DNA from: Tubulanus polymorphus | Lineage: Eukaryota; Animalia; Nemertea | Direction of reading: 5' to 3' | Assembly: GCF_964204645.1 (NCBI RefSeq) | Contig: NC_134036.1 | Span: 4,928,600 to 4,992,599 of the forward strand | DNA: 64,000 nucleotides | Part shown: in pieces, positions 42,880 to 55,297 of the stretch | Layout: each line of letters starts with the position of its first letter | Position numbering within the stretch: the stretch's first letter is position 1 | The notes under the pieces: model-generated | Told to the model about the DNA's origin: nothing | Database searches by the model: none | The model's input: only the letters and a program-made list of their open reading frames with translations | Made by a program: the position numbers and the translations under genes

Positions 42880-43983
42880 TCACGAAATCGAAAACATCGC
42901 TTTCAGTTGATTTCGAAAGCGACGCCTCGAAGCGCAATAGATGACGAAATTAGTGGACGCTACGATCATTCTGATAATGTCCTGGACCGGGTTCAGGTAA
43001 AAAGACGAAATCGCCGTGCCGATTGTTCCGCCTAGAGTTTGAACCAAGTTCGTGACGGCGCCATTGAAAAAGAAGGCCTTCTTCACTAGATAGAAACATG
43101 AAATGAGAATTAACGTCAAAGTTAAACCACGGTCAGCGCTGCTGCTGTTAGCTGCTTGACTATTTGCAGACATGGTTTTTCTCGCTGCTCCTGCGCGTCT
43201 CAACGTGAAAATCAATCGGATAGTTATTAGAATTACTATCACCGTCGGTATTATGGTAAATAAAGGAGCGCGGACAAACACGTAGTAATATCTCAAATAC
43301 CGGTTTCTAGCGAATGGAGTCAACTTTTGATTCCATCTCACGTGTCCGGTGCACGGATTCCGTGCGTATTTCGTCGTGTATTTAAACACGTTTGTCGTTA
43401 CGTCCCCAAATGAAATTATCGAAACAACGGCGATGTAAATGTTACTTTTCTTCTTGCTTATAATTCCGACAGCTTTCAGAGGCCAACAAACAACGATATA
43501 TCTGTCTATAGCTATTAGTAACGTTACCAAATCGCCGATACCCGAAAACAGAAGTCGGGTGTTTCTTGTGTACGGGCGCATACGCTTCATAACGTGGTTT
43601 ATTTCAGCAGTCATGTCCAGTAACAATGTGTGACTGTACAGTCGAAACTGAAAGTCGAAAATAATGTAGAAAAAACAAATGAACATGTCCGCAATGGCCA
43701 AACATTTCAAATAGAATATACTGGTGTTGTTCGAACGCTCCTTGCTAAGAACCACGAACGACAGTAAATTTGTGCCGAAACCGAAGATGGCTATGCTGAA
43801 AATGACGTAAGTCGTGATCTGCGACAACAGATTCACGTGAAACGGTTTGTAATCGGCGTGATGGATGTATTTACACCGCGGATGAGGTTTAAACCCTGCC
43901 TTCTCAGTGGTGGTTGTCGGGTCCGATCCGTTGAGGTTGAGAAACTGAGCGCCAACCGAAACATTGTCTGAAGCCATCATCAT
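42880..43983 (-). CDS. FMRFamide-receptor-like GPCR paralogue 5, ~367 aa
   Basis: ATG run MMMASDNVS at 43983; intact 7TM with DRY and NFVIY. Confidence 0.92.
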   Translation of the reverse strand: MMMASDNVSVGAQFLNLNGSDPTTTTEKAGFKPHPRCKYIHHADYKPFHVNLLSQITTYVIFSIAIFGFGTNLLSFVVLSKERSNNTSIFYLKCLAIADMFICFFYIIFDFQFRLYSHTLLLDMTAEINHVMKRMRPYTRNTRLLFSGIGDLVTLLIAIDRYIVVCWPLKAVGIISKKKSNIYIAVVSIISFGDVTTNVFKYTTKYARNPCTGHVRWNQKLTPFARNRYLRYYYVFVRAPLFTIIPTVIVILITIRLIFTLRRAGAARKTMSANSQAANSSSADRGLTLTLILISCFYLVKKAFFFNGAVTNLVQTLGGTIGTAISSFYLNPVQDIIRMIVASTNFVIYCASRRRFRNQLKAMFSIS

Positions 43984-44579
43984 TTCAGCATAGATTCGCT
44001 GTATGCAAATGTAAAAACGTTTTGTTTTAACTCCCAAGTCTGTTAATCTGCTAAAAGTAGATTTAGTTCGTGATTGTCTTCGTCGAGAACTGGTACGACT
44101 ATCACCTCTTCAGGCATCGGACCACCAAACTGCACTAAGTCGAATGCGCGCTGATTAAAACCTGAAATAACCACGATTCTCGAATTCCGACGCTCTACAA
44201 CACGCGTGCAAACAGTATCAAATTATAATGAAGCTAGATTTACTTATTAAGCCGCGAACCTGTGCCATTAACGAGAGTTATAGTTGCGAATCGATATATT
44301 CGTATATTCAATTTCAATTTTTTTTGCATCCCGCTTCGTGCCATATACATGTATGTACAGAAAGCGAATTACGGTATACTAGCCGTGCATGAGTTGTGAA
44401 CGTATATTGCAAATTATCCTGAACATCTCACTTTTAAGGGGCTAGCCCTTTTCTCGGGTAAAACACAAGGCCAAGCTCAGGATGATGGGTGTTGTGACTT
44501 AATAAAAATGTAAAGAAGTCTACAAAAGCATAGTTTAACGTGTGGTTAATGAATTCAGACCATATTTAGAGGTGTTTTT

Positions 44580-45885
44580 CATAATAATAATAATATAATG
44601 ATATATTTTATTTCCACTAAATATTACAATATATCATTCATTATACATTATAAAAATGAAGTTAAATGAAATGCTTTAATGTTAAGTTGGAGCGACTTGA
44701 AGAAGCCAGTTAAGACTTATGTCAAACGTACAAGTCCCCCAACAGGCAAAGAACCACACTCACACTCCCTCACACACACATATTTGCACGCACGCACGCA
44801 CGCACGCATGCAGGTAACCACGCATACTAAAGTGATAGATGACAGAAACCATAATGATGAAAAACGATAAATATTACAGACACTGAGTTATTGATTGATT
44901 AAATAATGTTTTAATTTGACCTTGAATGATCGGGTACTGGTAATATTTTTTAGATATTTAGGTAGATTATTCCAAACTGTAGGACAAGCCACTTTAACGG
45001 ATAATTTTACTTTATTGGTTTTAAATCTATCGATGCGAAATGAGTTATTATTTCGAGTAACTGTGGAAATTGGTGCCTTTTTGAAAACAGGAATTAAAAG
45101 AACTAGGTAACTCTGAGTTGATGTAATTATGCATGAATAAGGATAACTGAAACTTGGTAATAGCTTTGAATTTTAGAATTTTGAGTCTTCTAAAGAAAGG
45201 CTCGGTATGTTCAAGATAGTGCGACTTGCTAATAATTCTAATGGCACGCTTATGCAATATGATCAACGGCTCAAGGATAGTATCATAATTGCTAGCCCAA
45301 ATGAGATTACGATATTGAAGGTATGGAAAAACAAAGCTATAGTATCGTGTAGACAACAATTTTGAGGGAAATATCTTTTTCAATCGATTAATAGTTCCAA
45401 GACTTCGGGCAACTTTGCTTGAAACATGTTTTATATGTACATCCCACTTTTATTTATCGTCTATTCTAAGTCCTAAAAAGGTTGTACTATGAACTTGATG
45501 AAGGGATACGTTGTTTAATCTTATAGACAGATTTAAAGGAATGACACTACCAAAAACCATGTAATGACTTTTTATTCAAATTAAGAGAGAGCTTATTGAT
45601 TTGGAACCATTTAGATAGCTTGTCAAGTTCTTGATTGACTTTGAAAAATAGTCTATTTATGTTGGTGTCACTTACAAAACAGTTCGTGTCATCGGCAAAA
45701 AGTGTAAGATGTAATAAGTTCGAAACATTAACCCAGTCATTAATGTATAAAATAAAACGAAGGGGTCCTAAAATCGAACCCTGAGGAACGCCTACAGAGA
45801 TATTCAATGGATTAGAAAGGGTGTTGTTTATACTAACAATTTGACGCCGATTAGTCTAATAATTTTTAAACCAGCTCAGGGCTTT
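44580..45885 (-). mobile_element. 5'-truncated, degenerate non-LTR retrotransposon (CR1/L2-group LINE) reverse-transcriptase C-terminus plus 3' UTR
   Basis: Minus-strand frames give GVPQGSILGP, LFADDT, WFQINKLSLN, YYSFVFPYLQY..IW and LHKRAIRII..HTEPFF..LKILK, with stops and frameshifts. (TTA)n-like tail near 44580-44595. Confidence 0.88.
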
Positions 45886-46261
45886 TTCAGCAGTAAGATT
45901 TGCAATAGGAACCCTGGCATCCGACCCTGGGTGCGTCGCAACCGACATTTCAGGTAAATTCTACATGCTTTTATCATGAGAAAAACAAAATTTTTATATT
46001 CTGCGGTTATGTTTTAGAACATATTTCTAAGTCCATCGTTATCGTTCAATATCATATTACCTCCTTCTCGCGTTGGGCATTTAAGGTTTAAGATCAAGAT
46101 CATTATTATCAATTACTATCAGCGTTTTAAGTTGAGTCCTTTTAGTGGGAGGATAGTTTCGATATGGCGTCTGTAAGACAAAAAGTTGTAAGCAAATGTT
46201 TTTTTTTCTTTATCTGTCAATGAGTTCCTGATCCACAGTGGATTTGCAAGTTGAATCGACT

Positions 46262-46620
46262 CAAGTCACTAGTTGAACAGCCATCATCAGGTGGAATGAC
46301 CAGAAAAACAAGTTACAAAGCATATAAACTCACAGGATCTAAAACTCTGAAACTGTTTAGAATTGCTGTGGTTTCCACGGTACCCCTTGATGTTTTATTG
46401 CTTGGTCTGTTTATCTTTAGTTTTGACACACTGCTTCTATTTTAGATCCTGCGAGTTTATATGCTTTGTAACTTGTTTTTCTGGTCATTCCAACTGATGA
46501 TGGCTGTTAGTCAACAGCCGAAACGTTGTGGTTTCGTAATAATAAATTTGATCGTATAATTTTAAATTCGAAGTGTGGGATTTCTTCATTTATCTACAGT
46601 TTACACGGATTATAGTGTTT
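46262..46620 (+). mobile_element. Penelope-like pseudo-LTR with a partial inverted copy
   Basis: 46274-46334 is the reverse complement of 46441-46508. The right copy continues through a hammerhead motif, AATAAA and GTGGGATTTCTTCATT tail. Confidence 0.6.
46490..46531 (+). ncRNA. Minimal type I hammerhead ribozyme motif
   Basis: CCAA-CTGATGA-T-GGCTGTT(AGTC)AACAGCC-GAAACGTT-GTGG. Perfect 7-bp stem II and palindromic ACGT mini stem III. The inverted copy has CCAC, which gives a perfect stem I with GTGG. Confidence 0.6.
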
Positions 46621-46651
46621 ATTCGACAACTAACGCTTCTTAAAGTCTTCG

Positions 46652-47770
46652 TTAGTCGTGGTGTCTGTCAATCGAAAACATCGCTTTCAGTCGATTTCGA
46701 AAGCGACGCCTCGAAGCGCAATAAATGACGAAATTACACGACGCGACGATCATTCGGACTATGTTTTGAATTTGGTTATATAAAATTGATATCGATGGTT
46801 TACCGAGTTCTCCGTTTAGAGTACGAATTAGATTTTGGATCGATGCCCTGAGATTAAAGGCCTTTTTCAATAAATAGAAACACGAAATGAGAATTAACGT
46901 CAGAGTTAAACTACGGTCACTGCTGCTGCCGCTGCTGCTGTTAGATGTTCTATTATTTGTAGACATGGTTTTTCTCGCTGCTCCTGCGCGTCTCAACGTG
47001 AAAATCAGTCGGATAGTTATCAGAACCACTATCACTGTCGGGATAATTGTAAAAATAGGAGCGCGGACGTAAACACTATAATACCTTAAATACTTGTTTT
47101 TCATAAATGAAGTAGACCTTTGAGTCCATCTCTCGTGTCCAGTACACGGATTAATAGACCGAACAGTTTTATACTTGAATATTTTCCTCGAATCATTAAT
47201 AACTGAAATAATCACAGCAAGAGAGATGCAAAGGTAACTCCTTTTCATTGTTATAATTCTAACAGCTTTCAGGGGCCAACAAACCACGATATATCTGTCT
47301 ATAGCTATTAACAATGTTATCAGATCACTGATATCAGAGGCCAGAAGGCGAATGACTTGAGTGTATGAATACATGCGCTTCATAGCGTGGTTTATTTCAG
47401 CAGTCATGTCCAGTAACAGCGTATGAGCGTAGAGCCAATACTGAAAATCGAATACGATAAACGACAAACAAATAAACATGTCCGCAACAGCTAAACATCT
47501 CAAATAGAATATACTGGTGTTGTTTGAACGGTCTTTGCTGAGCAAAATGAAGAACAATAAATTTGTGCAGGAACCGTAGATGGCTATACTGAAAACGACG
47601 TAACTCGTGATCTGCATCAACAAATTCACGTGAAACGGTCTCAAATCAGCGTGATGGACGTATTTACACAGCGAACGCGGTCTAAATCTTGCCTTCTCAG
47701 TGGAGGCCGTCAGGTCCGATCCGTTGAGGCCGAGATACTGGGTGCCAACCGATACAGTTTCCGAAGCCAT
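46652..47770 (-). CDS. FMRFamide-receptor-like GPCR paralogue 6, 372 aa
   Basis: ATG at 47770 (47773 is GTG); intact 7TM. Confidence 0.92.
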   Translation of the reverse strand: MASETVSVGTQYLGLNGSDLTASTEKARFRPRSLCKYVHHADLRPFHVNLLMQITSYVVFSIAIYGSCTNLLFFILLSKDRSNNTSIFYLRCLAVADMFICLSFIVFDFQYWLYAHTLLLDMTAEINHAMKRMYSYTQVIRLLASDISDLITLLIAIDRYIVVCWPLKAVRIITMKRSYLCISLAVIISVINDSRKIFKYKTVRSINPCTGHERWTQRSTSFMKNKYLRYYSVYVRAPIFTIIPTVIVVLITIRLIFTLRRAGAARKTMSTNNRTSNSSSGSSSDRSLTLTLILISCFYLLKKAFNLRASIQNLIRTLNGELGKPSISILYNQIQNIVRMIVASCNFVIYCASRRRFRNRLKAMFSIDRHHD

Positions 47771-49209
47771 CACAGCGCACAGTCACAGGTCGCTATTGTA
47801 AATACAGATACACGTAACACAGTTCGCAATCAGAACACCATTCGCCAAACCGTCCAGACCATTCGTCCTCGACTACTCCATATTTCAGTCTACGCACAGC
47901 ACAATATCGTAATAAATTCCTAACGCTACTACTAACATACCAACGTACGTTATACCGCCTTACAGCTCAGTCAGATGTGCATTTACGAACGCTTGAAGAT
48001 AATGAAACGCTGTCATTAATTGTCGAGTTCTCGTAGTCAAAGTGAAATATTTCCTTTTTGCGAGGAAAATCTACGATTACCAATTACCCGCTCGAGCCGG
48101 GACCGTAAACCAGCGAAATATATAGGGATCGATATTTTTGATAACACGAAAAATTAATTAACAACAAACGCACGTTTATACTGGAATTATTTCATGAAAT
48201 TTCCTCATCGACTAGAATAAGAACATTGAGAACTTCATCGGAGTTAATGCAGAGGTGAACAGATCAACAACGTGTCCCAAACTACTAATAAATCGGAGAC
48301 ATTAGTTAATTCTAGAAACGCAGTGAGAAACCGAATGAGAAATCAAACCTATACTCGTAATCGTTTTGACAAAATGTTCGTTGTCGAATCGTTGCGGATG
48401 AGACGCGAGTTAACCCTCCGCCCCGCCACTTGTTGCAAAACACGTCGAATTGATTCGGTTAATTCCGTCACCCAGATGGTAACGGTTTACCGATTAGAAT
48501 GGGTTGATGCGATTTCATACTGGGCTTTGGGTTGTTCTTTCAATAATTACGTACGACAAGTGAACATTAAAGCAACATAAAACAATAAAAATCTTGTACA
48601 TACATTGATCAATGAATCAATATATTATTAAATTATCATTATAAATACTTTTAATTATAGGCGTATTACTAATATTCGTTTGTTAATTTTCTTTTGAGAA
48701 AGGACGACTTTTTACTAAATGTCCCCCAAAACGAAAAGCTTATTGTCCACGCCGACTACTGTTGACCGGGTTTGATTTGACTCTACATCCAGATACACAA
48801 GTTGTGTGTGTTATATTCGACTCTGAATCCGAATCCACTGAATGCGTCGGTTTGATTTGACAGTGGACCCAGTTCCACGGTTTTCTTGGTTAACTCGAAT
48901 CCGAACCCAGTTCCGAAGTTATGCGGTTTTGATTCGTCTCTGGATCGAGTCCCACAGTTTTCGGGTTTAACTTCACTTTGACGAATACGTTTATCATAGG
49001 AAACATAATATTATCGGCTATTCAATTTTCAGTGAAAAATCTATACCAAACGAAGTGGTTTCATATTTCACCCGCTCCCTCTCTGGACTCAAGTACTGAA
49101 ATTAACATGCGACAATTTGAATAGAACTTGAATAGAAAAGCAAATAGTGTGTTAACCATCTGGAGTGTGAAATTGATTAGCGAATTTTCTACATAAACGC
49201 TCCTATTCT

Positions 49210-49247
49210 GAATGCAGCAACCGAACGTTTAACACGAAGGCAAAACC
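49210..49247 (+). other. Putative non-coding first exon of knottin-like gene 1
   Basis: TGCAGCAACCGAACGTTTAACACGAAGGCAAAACC|GTAAGT is identical at 62833-62867|62868 in paralogue 2. CATAAA TATA-like element lies ~20-30 bp upstream in both, and both have an acceptor AG 10 nt before the ATG (50253-50254; 63263-63264). Confidence 0.55.
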
Positions 49248-49599
49248 GTAAGTAGATAACATACGTGGTGTGATAACATATTCATGTTGATTATACATTG
49301 ACGTGTCACTTATCATACCGTCTAGTATATGCAGCAGCATATTACATGAGTATTTCCTTATATACTAAATATTCGTGGATAATAATATAAGGTTTATTCT
49401 CACTGTTTCGAAATGATGACACTAAACTTTACGAGACGCTTGATTGTACGGCATTCAAACCAGCAACGCAGAAAACCCGTTATCGCTGCTTTGCGTTGTA
49501 TCTACATTATCAGCATCATTTTAGTAAATTTACTGCATAAGTTATGATAAAATTGCGCAGAGCACAAAAATAACGCAGAAATTACAGCATATTACAGAA

Positions 49600-50030
<431 letters not shown>

Positions 50031-50263
50031 TATATAATGCAAAATATGATAAAGATGAAGCAGAATTGTAGTATCGAGGTCCGATAATTATACACACAAA
50101 GCCAGTTGTTTTTCTCTCTTTTCTGAAACAGCATTATTAAAAATCTGGTAGAGATTATCTAACAAAGCTTTGTTCATTGAGAGCCTATTGTAAACTGTTG
50201 AGTTATCAGAATTTGGGATTCCCGAAAATGCCGAAGTATCTAATTTGAATTCAGGCAACGAAA

Positions 50264-50877
50264 ATGCTGGCTTATATAATGAATCGCGTATGCTCTGTTG
50301 TTGTGATTGTGCTCGGCGTCGCGGCCATTGCAGAAGGTGAGTAATAACGACTGAGACAACCTGACATACCTGTTTAGTTTAGCGATTGAACGAATTGGGT
50401 TTTAAGCATAAATATTTCTATTCCGACGGAAATCATTGACGTGCAATATTGTTTTTATACACACGTATTTCCTTAAAAACTCCTGTATTTAATATGCTTT
50501 TTCGCTTTTTCGCCACGACAGAATTTCGATAAAACGATGATTTTATTGACACCTATAGGTCGATTCTACGACAAAACGACCAGTTATATTTTACCACTGT
50601 ATGCGTAATTCTCAGCCAAGTTATATCTTGGCAACAAATTAGGGAGGGGGCAGGGCGGGCTACTCCCCCTTCCTCATTGGATCCACCTGACACGTCTGAA
50701 TCGACCAACCGAGGTGACGGTTGTAATTACCTCTTCAATTTTGGTATAAAGAGTTTCCCTTCAAAACTTTCGTTTTCAATTTCTTACTTAGGCTGTCGAC
50801 CGATGGAGTCGCCCTGTATTTCAGATAGTGAGTGCTGCAGCAAAAAATGTAATGCACATTTATTTTGTGAAAAATAA
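50264..50877 (+). CDS. Secreted cysteine-rich knottin/ICK-framework (toxin-like) peptide 1, 52-aa precursor
   Basis: Exon 50264-50336 (MLAYIMNRVCSVVVIVLGVAAIAE-G|GTGAGT) plus exon 50792-50877 (CTTAG|GC...) gives ...AEG-CRPMESPCISDSECCSKKCNAHLFCEK*. Phase-1 intron; framework C-x6-C-x5-CC-x3-C-x5-C; AATAAA at ~51039. Paralogue at 63274. Confidence 0.85.
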
Positions 50878-51813
50878 TCGTTGGTGATTATCGGATTTAT
50901 ATTCGGATATGCTGGCGGTCTGGGAAATATCCGATTATGAAACTGAACCGCAGTCCGGTTATTGACTGACTATCAAAAAGCTCGAATTGAATTTATGTTT
51001 GTCACTCAGTCGCCAATTCTCGTGTTACAATTAGATTCAATAAAACTGCGAGTGAATAAATCAATGATCGGCTTGTTTCTGACTGTAATTTTTTTAGGCA
51101 TCGAGATTGCCACGGTACGAAACACAGTCGCACTAGACCGAGTGCGCAGCTACACGCGCAACTTAGACGATGTCATCATCAGCCAATCAGATATTCCGTT
51201 TTATTCTAGCCCGGGTTTTCCAATTCATAGTCCTTCCGTGAAATTTACCTCAGCGATCATACAACGAGCAATCTGATTGGTGCCGCACGAAAACGTATGT
51301 ATCTGCCTGTGACAGGGGTTCGTGCAGTAGCGACGCCATCAGGTTCGAATCCCTGCCGCGGGAGGATGGTCAAAACGTCGCTATGTTTCATTTTCAAAAA
51401 AATGATTTATCATATTTTTGCGTATAAATTGGCTGCAGTGGAATTTTGTTGGTCAAACTGTCAAATGGATATATTCGAATGAATGACCGAGTGAATGATT
51501 CATCTACTTATAATGATATGTACAAAGATTATAAACATTATTCCTTTGGATGTAATATCATAGATGAATAGGTACATATATAAGAAGGACAACACCAAGC
51601 CGTAGGGGCTGAGCCTGAGAAAAATAATAAACTCAGTGATAATTATATACGAAGATAATAATGAAAATGATAACAATTCGTACACATAAAAAAGACGGTT
51701 ACATTCAATACGCTTAAATCCAGTGTAACGAATCGAAAATACCGTTCAACAAGTTTATGAACTATTTGGGACACCGTTGGATCGTGATTCGGTTATGAAT
51801 GATTTTGAGGGAT

Positions 51814-52888
51814 CTAGAATCTAGCGGCTTGTTGCGTCGTATCGGTCGAAATTGATCGTGACTGAAAAATCGCTTTCGGTTGATCACGAAAGCGACGCCT
51901 CGAAGCGCGATAAATGACGAAATTACAAGACGCGACGATCATTTTTAGTTTATTTAGAATTCGATTATATATTGCATACAATGAGCCTTTACCAAGTGTT
52001 CTGTTGAAAGTTTGAATTAGATTAATTATTGCTGATATAAGAAATAAGGTCTTTTTCAGTAAAAAGAAACACGAAATGAGAACTAACGTCAGAGTTAAAC
52101 TACGGTCACTGCTGCTGCTGCTGCTGCTGCTGCTGTTAGAGGTTTGATTATTTGTAGACATTGTTTTTCTCGCTGCTCCTGCGCGTCTCAACGTGAAAAT
52201 CAATCGGAATGTTATGAGAACCACTATCACTGTCGGGATAACAGTAAATAACGGAGCGCGGACAAATATTTCATAATATCTTAGATAGATGCTTCTAGCA
52301 AATGGAGTCAATTTCTGAGTCCATCTCTCGTGTCCAGTGCACGCATTACGCGTATAATTAGTAGCTATATACTTGAAATTATTTTTTGTGACTTCACAGA
52401 CAGAAATGGTTGAGGCTAAAAAGACGTATATATAAGATTTTCTTAAACTTATAATTCTGATAGCTTTCAGAGGCCAGCAAACAACGATATATCTGTCTAT
52501 AGCTATCAACAATGTTATCAGACCACTGATACCAGAAAACGAAAGTCGAATGTTTCGAGTGTATGAATACATGCGCTTCATAGCGTGGTTTATTTATGCA
52601 GTTATGTCCAGTAACAGCGTGTGACTGTAGAGTCGATACTGAAAGTCAAATACGATATAAGACAAACACATTTACATGTCCGACAGCCAAACATCTCAAA
52701 TAGAATATCACTTATGTCTTGGAAACTGTCTTTGCTGAGAATAACAAAGGACAGTGAGCTTGAGCCGAAACTACGAAAAGGTATGCTGAGAATGATATAA
52801 GTCTTGATCTCAAGAAATAAATTCACGGGAAACGGTTTGCATTCAGTTTGATGGGTGTATTTACAACGCGGATGGGGTTTAAATTCGG
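51814..52888 (-). pseudogene. GPCR pseudogene (5'-truncated, premature stop, frameshifts)
   Basis: Family motif MTAEINH reads ITA*INH (in-frame TAA at ~52594-52596). Frameshifts in TM1-TM2; homology begins at GFKPHPRC with no start; IYC is changed to IYR. Confidence 0.88.
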
Positions 52889-53252
52889 CTAATTGAAAAC
52901 GAGTGACGCTAAAGACAATACTTGATATTTACAAACGCGAATATCTGCTTCACCGAAAATGAGTTATGCAACAAAAACAGGCCTTCATATTCAGTTTTTC
53001 CTAGAAATAATGAAAATTGCCGAAACACACGACCATATGAATTGCTCGGGTATTTGAAAATATCTGATGATCGCTTATTTCAAAAAAGGTTTTATCCCTC
53101 GATACTGATTTATTAAATCTGGAGACGCCAAAAATTCCGTTTTGACACCGATGCTTAAGCGTATAATTGACGCACTGGGAGACATATAGAATAAAGCGGT
53201 TTGTTGCATCGTTTATTTAGTTTCATTAATGATTGTATTGAAAATATCGCTT

Positions 53253-54380
53253 TTATTGAAAATATTGTATTGAAAATATCGCTTTTAGTTGATTTCGAAA
53301 GCGACGCCTCGAAGCGCAATAAATGATGAAATTGCAAGAAGCTACGATCATTCTGACTATATTTTGAATTTGGTTCATCATCGTTGATACATAACCTTTT
53401 CCAATATTCCCGTTAAGAGTAAGAATAAGATTTATGATCACTGCTCTCAGTTGAAATGCTTTCTTTAGTAAATAGAAACACGAAATGAGAATTAACGTCA
53501 GGGTTAAACTACTGTCACTGCTGCTGCTGCTGCTGCTGCTGCAGCTGGTGTTAGAAAATTTATTATTTGTAGACATGGTCTTTCTCGCTGCTCCTGCGCG
53601 CCTCAACGTGAAAATCAATCGGATAGTTATTAGAACCACTATCACTGTCGGGATTATAGTAAATAAAGGAGCGCGCACAAAAACATCGTAGTATCTGAAA
53701 TATTTGTTTTTACCAAATGCAGTATACCTTTGAGTCCATCTCTCGTGTCCAGTGCACGGATTAATGGAACGACGAGTATAAAAGGTGAAAAGATTCCTAG
53801 ATTGATCACAAACTGAAATGACCAATACAACAGTGATGTAGAAAAAACTTCTTTTCATACTTATAATTCGAACAGCTTTCAGAGGCCAACAAACAACGAT
53901 ATATCTGTCTATAGCTATGAGAAATGTTATCAGATCGCTGATATCCGAAAACAAAAGTCGAATGAATTGAGTGTATGAATACATGCGCTTCATGACGTGG
54001 TTTATTTCAGCGGTCATGTCCAGTAACATCGTGTGACTGTAGAGCCGATACTGAAAGGCGAATACGATATAAGACAAACAAATAAACATGTCCGAAACAG
54101 CCAAACATCTCAAATAGAATATACTGGTGTTGTTTGAACGTTCTTTACTGAGAATGATAAAAGACAGTAAATTTACGCTGAAACCGAAGATGGCAATGCT
54201 GAAAACGACATAAGTCGTGATCTGTAGATACAGATTCACGTGAAACGGTTTGTAATCGGCGTGATGGATGTATTTACACCGCGAATGAGGTTTAAAGCCC
54301 GCCTTATCGGTGGTTGTTGTCAGGTCCGATCCGTTGAGGTCGAGAAACATAGCACCAACCGATATATTTTCTAAAGCCAT
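53253..54380 (-). CDS. FMRFamide-receptor-like GPCR paralogue 7, ~375 aa
   Basis: Homologous ATG (MALENIS) at 54380 (in-frame ATG also at 54404); intact 7TM. Confidence 0.92.
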   Translation of the reverse strand: MALENISVGAMFLDLNGSDLTTTTDKAGFKPHSRCKYIHHADYKPFHVNLYLQITTYVVFSIAIFGFSVNLLSFIILSKERSNNTSIFYLRCLAVSDMFICLSYIVFAFQYRLYSHTMLLDMTAEINHVMKRMYSYTQFIRLLFSDISDLITFLIAIDRYIVVCWPLKAVRIISMKRSFFYITVVLVISVCDQSRNLFTFYTRRSINPCTGHERWTQRYTAFGKNKYFRYYDVFVRAPLFTIIPTVIVVLITIRLIFTLRRAGAARKTMSTNNKFSNTSCSSSSSSSSDSSLTLTLILISCFYLLKKAFQLRAVIINLILTLNGNIGKGYVSTMMNQIQNIVRMIVASCNFIIYCASRRRFRNQLKAIFSIQYFQ

Positions 54381-55190
54381 CCTTTCATTCTGCACACGCA
54401 ACATAGTCACTGGTTTTTACTAGAGAAACAATCGGTTTAAACTTCCAAAGCTGTAAATCTTAGAAGAACCATTGAGATATCTCAGTTATTGGCAATTCTC
54501 TTAGGTGTTTGCCTCTGTCGTTTAAACGGATGTCAAGCCACCGAACTGCATAGAGTCAAATGCGCGCTGACGCTGTGAGACTAGAAATCAAAATACTGTA
54601 GTTCTGGAGGTGACGCCCAACAGAGTAACGATCTTTCTTCCTTAAACCTGTAATTTTGGAGAAGCGAATTTCTACCCGCCCAATTCTTTCAGAGACTTTA
54701 AATCTAGATCTGAATCGAAACGAAAAATATCATAAACGTATCGTGGTGCAGAACAGTGAGGAATCCTGTCGTATGGTTTTGGGATTGAAATATCTTTTCA
54801 TTTCGACCAAGATCGATAATACGTTTGTTGGTAGAAATTCAAATTTTAAAAGCTGGATTCCAGGGCAACGAAATACGTGCCTTAAGTTAGACCAATTTCG
54901 AGTCGGGTCGTTGGGGCTCTGGTAATATTGAAGTAAGTAATTAACAGCTAAACTGGATTTAGGATTTAGATGAACGTAATCTCTAGATCTAGTTCAACGG
55001 ATGAAGTTCTAATCCAGTTATGCTTAAGTGATAAAATGAACTTCGAAATATGCGATTTGGAAAATGTAAAGAATGTAAGAATAGACAAAATTCAAGTTTG
55101 GTCGAATCTAAACCCATAAATAAATTTCTTCACATTTTGGGGAATTATTTGGGCGATTCCAATAAATCCCGCCATTTATCGGTGTTTCGG

Positions 55191-55297
55191 CATTTCAACG
55201 ACTGTAAGGCAGCTCTAAAGCATGCCATAATGCAGTTAGAGCAGCCAATTTCGACTAGCTCGCCATCTAGCGGATAATTAGATCAGACGGTCAGTCG
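55191..55297 (+). repeat. Second copy of the ~100-bp repeat with CTCF-like GCCATCTAGCGG
   Basis: Aligns with 27955-28058. Confidence 0.7.

Noticed and set aside
48770-48980. Degenerate GGTTTGATTTGAC...CCAG repeats upstream of peptide gene 1
   Set aside because: Too degenerate to define a unit, and not evident upstream of paralogue 2; no function can be supported.
50677-50877. 66-aa track ORF as the real peptide
   Set aside because: It starts at TTG inside an intron. Only 50792-50877 is exonic, as shown by the acceptor site and the paralogous gene structure.
51312-51370. Possible tRNA (GGTTCGAATCC B-box at 51342-51352)
   Set aside because: No convincing cloverleaf or A-box; at most a tRNA-derived SINE remnant.
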